Shown here: in pieces, positions 35,593 to 40,930 of the stretch | Layout: each line of letters opens with the position of its first letter | How positions within the stretch are numbered: position 1 is the stretch's first letter | Assembly (NCBI GenBank): GCA_045649705.1 | Contig: JAZRQI010000283.1 | Span: forward strand, 1 to 40,930 | Source of the DNA: Acutalibacteraceae bacterium | Lineage (GTDB): Bacteria; Bacillota; Clostridia; Oscillospirales; Acutalibacteraceae | Direction: 5' to 3' | Length of the DNA stretch: 40,930 bases | Translations under genes and position numbers: made by a program | The notes under the pieces: model-generated | What the model was told of the DNA's origin: nothing | Seen by the model: only the letters and a program-made list of their open reading frames with translations | The model's database searches: none

Positions 35593-38025
35593 TTATATAG
35601 TCGGCACCTGACCGATTTCAGTTTCACCGTTAACAACAGAATTGAGGATTGCAAGGTCATAGATATCTGCAACGGTATCTCCGTTAAGGTCTGCTGCAAA
35701 AAGAATCGGTGAATCTTCCTCAAGGACCATATCGCCATTTACTATTGCTGCAAGAATTGAAGCATCGTAAATATCCACAACGCCGTCACCGTTAAGGTCA
35801 CCAAAGATTACAATTACGAAAGTTTCCCATTCATCTTCACCACGGTAAGTAGTAACAACAGAGCCTGTACCTACACCATTAGAAAGTTCTACTGTTACGT
35901 TTTCAGCATAATCAACATAATCTTCAATATCATCGAGTCCTATATCAAGACCATAGATGAAACCGAGTTCTCTGTCAATAACTGTTGTTGAACCGTCTTC
36001 TTCTTTGAAATAACCGCCCGTCATGGGAATAACAACTGTCGTTCGGCTTAATTCATCGCCACAGACTGTACAATAAACCACTTCATCATATGAACCTGAC
36101 GTTGTGTCGGTAGCTTCGATTCTGTTTTCTTCAACCGTATCTCCCTCAGTATGTGCTATTGTAGAAACGGGTGTAGTTGCACGTGAAATTTCATCATCAC
36201 ATACTTCGCAGTAAACTACTGTATCAAATGAGCCTTCTTTTGAGCAAGTCGGGTCAACCACATTTTCAATAACTTCTTCAAGTGGTGTATGTCCCGAAGC
36301 ATCAATATAATTTGCTGTATAGCTATCATCACAATATGAACAAATATATTCAGTATAGCCCTGTTCTGTACAGGTAGGTGCAACATCTGTAGCTTCATAT
36401 ATATGACCTTTTGCAGGAACATAGTTACTTGTTCCAACATATGTACAGTTTCTGCAAGAGTAAACCGTATATCCCTGTTCTGTACAGGTAGGTTTCACAG
36501 TGTAATAGTTATATGAATGTCCTGTGGGTATAACATAGTCACTTGTGTAAGTATAACCACAGATTGTACACACATTTGTTGAGTAACCCTGTTCAGTACA
36601 TGTGGGCGGTGTAGATGTTGTTGCAAATACATGTGCAATTTTGGGTGTTATTTTTTCTTCTACAACAACATTACAAACTGTACAACGCACTTCCTCTTTA
36701 CCCTCGCTGTCACATGTTGCTGTTTTTACAACTGTCCATGCACCGCGTGTATGTCCTGTTGCAGGAATAACGTTTGTTTTTGTTTCACCGCAGATACATG
36801 TGCAGAATTCTGAACCGTCTTCTGTACAAGTCGGAGGTGTAACAACAGTATCTTTGTATGTATAGAAATCGTGTTCTGCTTCTTTAAGATTTGCAAAAGC
36901 TGCATCAACTGCTTCGTCTGCTGACTGTGCATTGAGACAAGCAAGTTTGTAACCATAGTTCGCATTGGGAACTGCGAGTGTTACCTGATATGCAATATCA
37001 AGAGCCTGAACGAATTTATCCCATGAATCCTGAGTATATTTGCCTTTCTGCACATAATAACCGTCTGCAAAGGTATTTGTTGTTTTCACATACTTGTTTG
37101 CAGCATTTATTGCATTAACTTTATCAGCATTTCTGATGTAGTACATCGTTGTGGTTTCTGTGATATTTGACTGGTCTTCCCATTCATCTCCCCATGTGTT
37201 GAAGCTGATTGTGAAGTTATAGTAACCTGATTCCGGTTCTGTCATTCTCAGCCAGTCACCACTTGCTGAACGATACGCCGCACCGCATTTAGGCCAATTC
37301 ATAGTACCTTCTTTCTGCGAACCACCGTTATCAGGCATCATCATAACAGTTGATGGTGCATTACCTGAAATAATACCTACCCCTCGTGTTCTCGGGTCAT
37401 GATAATGCCAGGCTGACTGTGTTCTGACTTTATAAAGAAGGTTAAGTTCAGACTGCTGAACATAAGTTGTATTGAGAGTATCAAGAACTTCAAAATAACA
37501 ACCATCACTCAACTGACCGGGGTAAGCATGGTTTGTGCCAACTGCACCTGTTGTTGCCTGGTTTGTACTTACAAAAGCGTAGGAATATCCTGTAAGATTT
37601 TTCCATACTGTTGTATCTTTCTTATCAAGAATATCATACTCAACTGTATAACGGACAACAGAGTTAACATTAGCTGTAAGTGAGCCTGTAACAGTAAATG
37701 CCTCTGCACCGCTGACAACCACACCTTTTGTATAAGCGACATTAAGATAAGAAATACCGCCCTCGATGTAATAAGGGATATAAGCAGTAATTGAGTTGAT
37801 TCTGACTTTATAGTTCTTATCAGTCACTTCCACATTGAATGTAGTGTTAACTTCACTGCCTACAAGCAAATCTTTTGCAGGAGAAAACTTAACAGGATTG
37901 AAACTTTCCGCACCTGCACCTACTCCTACATCCCTTGCCTGTGAAACAATCGAACCGAATCCGATTGAAAAACAACCTGTAAGCATTGTTACAACAAGTA
38001 ATAATGAAAGTAATTTTTTACCCAT
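35593..38025 (-). CDS. secreted modular dockerin protein, architecture A-module / 6-7 Cys-repeats / small beta-domain / dockerin (810 aa)
   Basis: Signal MGKKLLSLLLVVTMLTGCFS. The N-module is collinear with the 985-aa paralog. The repeats follow PTCTEQGY..C..C....GH. The C-terminus GDLNGDGVVDIYDASILAAIVNG...ADLNGDTVADIYDLAILNSVVNG is a dockerin of a different sequence type. Confidence 0.85.
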   Translation of the reverse strand: MGKKLLSLLLVVTMLTGCFSIGFGSIVSQARDVGVGAGAESFNPVKFSPAKDLLVGSEVNTTFNVEVTDKNYKVRINSITAYIPYYIEGGISYLNVAYTKGVVVSGAEAFTVTGSLTANVNSVVRYTVEYDILDKKDTTVWKNLTGYSYAFVSTNQATTGAVGTNHAYPGQLSDGCYFEVLDTLNTTYVQQSELNLLYKVRTQSAWHYHDPRTRGVGIISGNAPSTVMMMPDNGGSQKEGTMNWPKCGAAYRSASGDWLRMTEPESGYYNFTISFNTWGDEWEDQSNITETTTMYYIRNADKVNAINAANKYVKTTNTFADGYYVQKGKYTQDSWDKFVQALDIAYQVTLAVPNANYGYKLACLNAQSADEAVDAAFANLKEAEHDFYTYKDTVVTPPTCTEDGSEFCTCICGETKTNVIPATGHTRGAWTVVKTATCDSEGKEEVRCTVCNVVVEEKITPKIAHVFATTSTPPTCTEQGYSTNVCTICGYTYTSDYVIPTGHSYNYYTVKPTCTEQGYTVYSCRNCTYVGTSNYVPAKGHIYEATDVAPTCTEQGYTEYICSYCDDSYTANYIDASGHTPLEEVIENVVDPTCSKEGSFDTVVYCEVCDDEISRATTPVSTIAHTEGDTVEENRIEATDTTSGSYDEVVYCTVCGDELSRTTVVIPMTGGYFKEEDGSTTVIDRELGFIYGLDIGLDDIEDYVDYAENVTVELSNGVGTGSVVTTYRGEDEWETFVIVIFGDLNGDGVVDIYDASILAAIVNGDMVLEEDSPILFAADLNGDTVADIYDLAILNSVVNGETEIGQVPTI

Positions 38026-38107
38026 ATTAATTTTCCTTTCTGTAAATTTACAATTTGTTTACATTTATACAAACTAATAATAACACTTTAACAAAAAAAA
38101 ATCAAGC

Positions 38108-38144
38108 AAAAAAAAGAATGTCTTGTAAAAAAACAAGACATTCC
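38108..38144 (-). terminator. rho-independent terminator after the sugar isomerase operon
   Basis: The 11-bp stem GAATGTCTTGT/ACAAGACATTC is followed on the minus strand by T8. Confidence 0.88.
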
Positions 38145-38149
38145 ATAAA

Positions 38150-39016
38150 TTATTCTACAAAATATTTTAAATTTTTCAAGCCCTGTTCAACAGCCTGGAT
38201 ATTATCTTCAATTCCTTCAAATTCGACACTGAAATAACCGTCATATCCTGAATTTTTAATAACCTCAACACACTGTTTGACAGGAGCATCACCCTGCCCG
38301 ACAATTGTGCCTCTGAGATAGTTACCTCCCCTTGTACGGAAAAATCCGCAACCGGGGTCATAGAGCATTCCGCTTCTTATGAAGAAATCCTTAGCGTGAA
38401 CATACTTTACATAGTTTGCAAGTTTACCTGCTGCAATAACGGGATTCTCGTCTGCACAAAGGAAATTACCACAATCAAAAAGAACACCGAAATTAGGGTC
38501 ACCTACACCGCAGACAATTTTTTCCACTCTGTCTGAATCCTGACAGAAGAAACCGTGATTTTCAATCATTGTTACTATGCCTTTTGTTTTTGCATATTCA
38601 GTAACAGCTTTGCAACCCTTGATAAAAACTGGAAGTGCCTCATTAAAGCCCATATATGACTTTCTTTCATCATTATAGCCCCAACCTGCATCGTGTCGCA
38701 TAAACTTAACGCCAAGTGCTTCCGCAACGTCAACCTTTGCTTTGATACGGTCGATTTCTTTTTCAAAATCTCCGTCACAGCCGTTGAGCATATCGGCGCC
38801 GATTGTGTAGCTTGAAATTTTAAGACCTACTCTGTCTGCCTCTGCACGGATTTCTTTTGCATATTCAAGTTCAGTTTTTCCCTCAGGCACAATCAGATCA
38901 GTAAATTCAATGGCATCAAAGCCCATTTCCTTTACTTTTTCCACAAGTGTGAAGTGTGTGTATTCACCTGAATTCAGAAGTTTCTGAAAGCTGTAAGATG
39001 TAACTGCAAATTTCAT
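38150..39016 (-). CDS. sugar phosphate isomerase/epimerase (xylose-isomerase-like TIM barrel)
   Basis: The 288-aa sequence has the typical layout FDAIEF...E.H....D.GN...HAKD...E.E of the AP-endonuclease-2/xylose-isomerase-like TIM family. Confidence 0.82.
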   Translation of the reverse strand: MKFAVTSYSFQKLLNSGEYTHFTLVEKVKEMGFDAIEFTDLIVPEGKTELEYAKEIRAEADRVGLKISSYTIGADMLNGCDGDFEKEIDRIKAKVDVAEALGVKFMRHDAGWGYNDERKSYMGFNEALPVFIKGCKAVTEYAKTKGIVTMIENHGFFCQDSDRVEKIVCGVGDPNFGVLFDCGNFLCADENPVIAAGKLANYVKYVHAKDFFIRSGMLYDPGCGFFRTRGGNYLRGTIVGQGDAPVKQCVEVIKNSGYDGYFSVEFEGIEDNIQAVEQGLKNLKYFVE

Positions 39017-39020
39017 AAAC

Positions 39021-39893
39021 TTATGCCTCGTTCATAATATCATTGAGATATTTTACTGCAAGACCGATATCTTTTGCAGGGTCATCGCCGACTTCTCTTT
39101 CGATTGTAAGGAAGCCTTTATAACCAATATCCTCAAGTGCTTTAAGATAGTACGGGAACGGAACTGAACCTGTACCAAGCGGTACTTCTTCGTAAGAATC
39201 GCCTTCAACTGCGTGTTCACCTTCAGCCATTTCACGTGCACCGGGCATACCGTAAACGATTTCGGGATTTTCATAGAAACGCATATATCCGTCTTTTGCG
39301 TGTGTATGTACGATATAATCTCTGAGATTGTAAACTGCTTCTACAGGAGCATCACCTGAAACCATAATAAGGTTAGCAGGGTCAAGGTTTACACCTACAC
39401 CTCTTGAATTAAGTGAATCAAGGAATTTTTTAAGGATGATTGATTTTTCAGGACCTGTTTCAACAGCAAAATGTGACTGGATGCTGTCAGCAAATGAACT
39501 GAGTTCAAAACAAGCTTCCTGCATAATTTTATATCTTTCATTATTTGCATCGTTGGGAACAACACCAATGTGAGTTGTTACGATATCTGTACCAAGTTCT
39601 TTTGCAAGTTCAAGGATTCTCTTTGATTTTTCAACTTTCTCAGCATTTTTATCGGGGTGAACAAATCCGCCACCGCCAAGGTCACCGCAAAGTGCAGAAA
39701 TAACAAGACCGTTGTCGCTTACAAGTTTTCTGAATTCGCTGATTTTAGCGGGAGTCATATTTTCAGGAGCCATATCTCCGTGTGAAGCATAAACCTGAAT
39801 ACCTTGTGCGCCTACTTCCTTTGCTTTTTTAACTGCTTCTGCCATAGGAAGTCTGAAACTGTCAACGATTACACCAACGGGAAATTTGTACAT
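39021..39893 (-). CDS. sugar phosphate isomerase/epimerase (xylose-isomerase-like TIM barrel), second distinct copy
   Basis: The 290-aa sequence has GAQGIQV..., ETGPE, VNLDPANL, HAKD and TIERE metal-ligand-type motifs. It lies 4 nt upstream of the other TIM-barrel gene. Confidence 0.82.
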   Translation of the reverse strand: MYKFPVGVIVDSFRLPMAEAVKKAKEVGAQGIQVYASHGDMAPENMTPAKISEFRKLVSDNGLVISALCGDLGGGGFVHPDKNAEKVEKSKRILELAKELGTDIVTTHIGVVPNDANNERYKIMQEACFELSSFADSIQSHFAVETGPEKSIILKKFLDSLNSRGVGVNLDPANLIMVSGDAPVEAVYNLRDYIVHTHAKDGYMRFYENPEIVYGMPGAREMAEGEHAVEGDSYEEVPLGTGSVPFPYYLKALEDIGYKGFLTIEREVGDDPAKDIGLAVKYLNDIMNEA

Positions 39894-40021
39894 AATAATC
39901 TACCTCTTTTATAAAAAAATTTGTAAAAAAACAGAGCGTTTTTTCACGAAACTGTTTACAAATTTGATTATAACTGATATGATTATTTTTGTCAATAACT
40001 CTATTTAAGGAGGAAAAAACA

Positions 40022-40930
40022 ATGTCAAAATTAAGAGTTGCAATCATCGGTTGCGGTAACATCGCAAACAGCGCACACATCCCCAACTACATAAAAAATG
40101 AAAATGCGGAAATTATGTATTTCTGTGATATTATCCCCGAAAGAGCTGATGCAGCTGTAGAAAAATACGGTTGTGGCAAAGCAGTATATGACTACAAAGA
40201 AATTTTAAATAACGATGACATTGATGCAGTTTCAGTTTGTACTCATAATGACCATCATGCTATGATTTCAATCGACTTTATGAGAGCAGGAAAAGACGTT
40301 CTCTGTGAAAAGCCTGCTGCAAGAACACTTAAAGAAGCACTTGCAATGCAGGAAGTTGCAAAAGAAACAGGCAGAATGCTTTCAATCGGCGTTGTAAACC
40401 GCTACAACGACTCTGTAAACCGAGTAAAGAAAATGATTGAAAACGGTGAATTAGGTGATGTTTTTCACGTTTATGCATCATTCAGAGCACACCGTTCAAT
40501 CCCCGGACTTGGCGGTGATTTCACAACAAACGCTTCTTCAGGCGGTGGCGCACTTATCGACTGGGGTGTTCACTATCTCGACCTTATCCTCTACTGTTGC
40601 GGTGACCCCAAACCTCTTACTGCAAGTGGCGAGGCTTTCTGCAGACTCGGCAAAGATATGAAAAACTATGTTTATGAAGGTATGTGGGCAGAAGAAACAT
40701 CCGACGTTGAAAACGGAACATATGATGTTGACGACTCTGTAACCGGTATTGTAAGAACAGAAGGTCCTACAATTACTTTCAACGGTGCCTGGGCACAGAA
40801 CATCGGCATCAACGAAACATACATCGACTTTATGGGTGACAAGGGCGGTATCAGACTCAACTACTGCGGTTACTTCACATTCTTCACAACAAAAGACGGC
40901 GCACTTGTTGAAGAAAAACCGAAATTCAGA
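40022..40930 (+). CDS. Gfo/Idh/MocA-family NAD(P)-dependent oxidoreductase, partial (3' end beyond the right edge)
   Basis: Not in the ORF track because it has no stop in the window. I translated 303 open codons from ATG 40022, which has an AAGGAGG RBS: MSKLRVAIIGCGNIANSAHIPNY...DAVSVCTHNDHHAMISIDFMRAGKDVLCEKPAA. The Rossmann GxGxxA and EKP motifs are present. Confidence 0.88.
   Translation, partial: MSKLRVAIIGCGNIANSAHIPNYIKNENAEIMYFCDIIPERADAAVEKYGCGKAVYDYKEILNNDDIDAVSVCTHNDHHAMISIDFMRAGKDVLCEKPAARTLKEALAMQEVAKETGRMLSIGVVNRYNDSVNRVKKMIENGELGDVFHVYASFRAHRSIPGLGGDFTTNASSGGGALIDWGVHYLDLILYCCGDPKPLTASGEAFCRLGKDMKNYVYEGMWAEETSDVENGTYDVDDSVTGIVRTEGPTITFNGAWAQNIGINETYIDFMGDKGGIRLNYCGYFTFFTTKDGALVEEKPKFR

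Noticed and set aside
36025-36840. Cys repeats as multihaem cytochrome CXXCH sites
   Set aside because: None of the CxxC pairs is followed by His (CTICGY, CRNCTY, CSYCDD, CEVCDD, CTVCGD). The conserved His lies 10-14 residues downstream, so the haem-attachment motif is absent.
1-40930. CRISPR arrays, rRNA genes, IS elements/transposases, riboswitch or T-box leaders
   Set aside because: I scanned the intergenic regions by eye. Apart from the 28160/29321 pair there are no regularly spaced direct repeats. There are no transposase-like ORFs or terminal inverted repeats. Every leader is too short (mostly under 130 nt) and lacks conserved riboswitch cores that I can recognise.

Overview
AT-rich chromosomal window from an anaerobic Firmicute. 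I infer a Clostridia, Ruminococcus/Oscillospiraceae-like organism, because four secreted proteins end in dockerin modules; no marker gene here fixes the taxon. About 34 genes look real, and almost all are on the minus strand. Left third (1-9.9 kb) is housekeeping: truA, the ECF-transporter core ecfT/ecfA2/ecfA1, a SAM methyltransferase, glmM, ruvB/ruvA/ruvC, a YqeG-type HAD phosphatase and an MFS transporter. Middle (10-27.9 kb) is envelope and sugar metabolism: a LicD-family fusion protein, a tiny membrane protein, phosphoglucomutase, a 1562-aa GLUG/beta-helix/dockerin surface protein, an esterase, a galactokinase-family kinase, a VTT-like membrane protein, a D-2-hydroxyacid dehydrogenase, and a GH2 / WYL-regulator / BadF-type kinase / GH4 cluster. 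tRNA-Leu(UAG) lies at 28005-28089 with a clear promoter and terminator. It is followed by a more AT-rich two-gene islet bracketed by an imperfect duplicated promoter element, then mscL and an orphan secreted protein. Right part (31-38 kb) holds the most unusual content. Three tandem, independently transcribed genes encode paralogous dockerin proteins assembled from shuffled modules: a shared about 350-aa N-module, arrays of Cys3-His mini-repeats, a shared about 380-aa C-module, and two different dockerin types. I recognise no named family for these modules. The window ends with two xylose-isomerase-like TIM-barrel genes and a divergent, partial Gfo/Idh/MocA oxidoreductase that is missing from the ORF track. 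I saw no CRISPR array, rRNA, transposase, integrase or recognisable defence genes. Many ORF-track entries are antisense or alternative-frame shadows of real genes. Several track starts are GTG/TTG extensions, and I trimmed these using RBS and promoter evidence.
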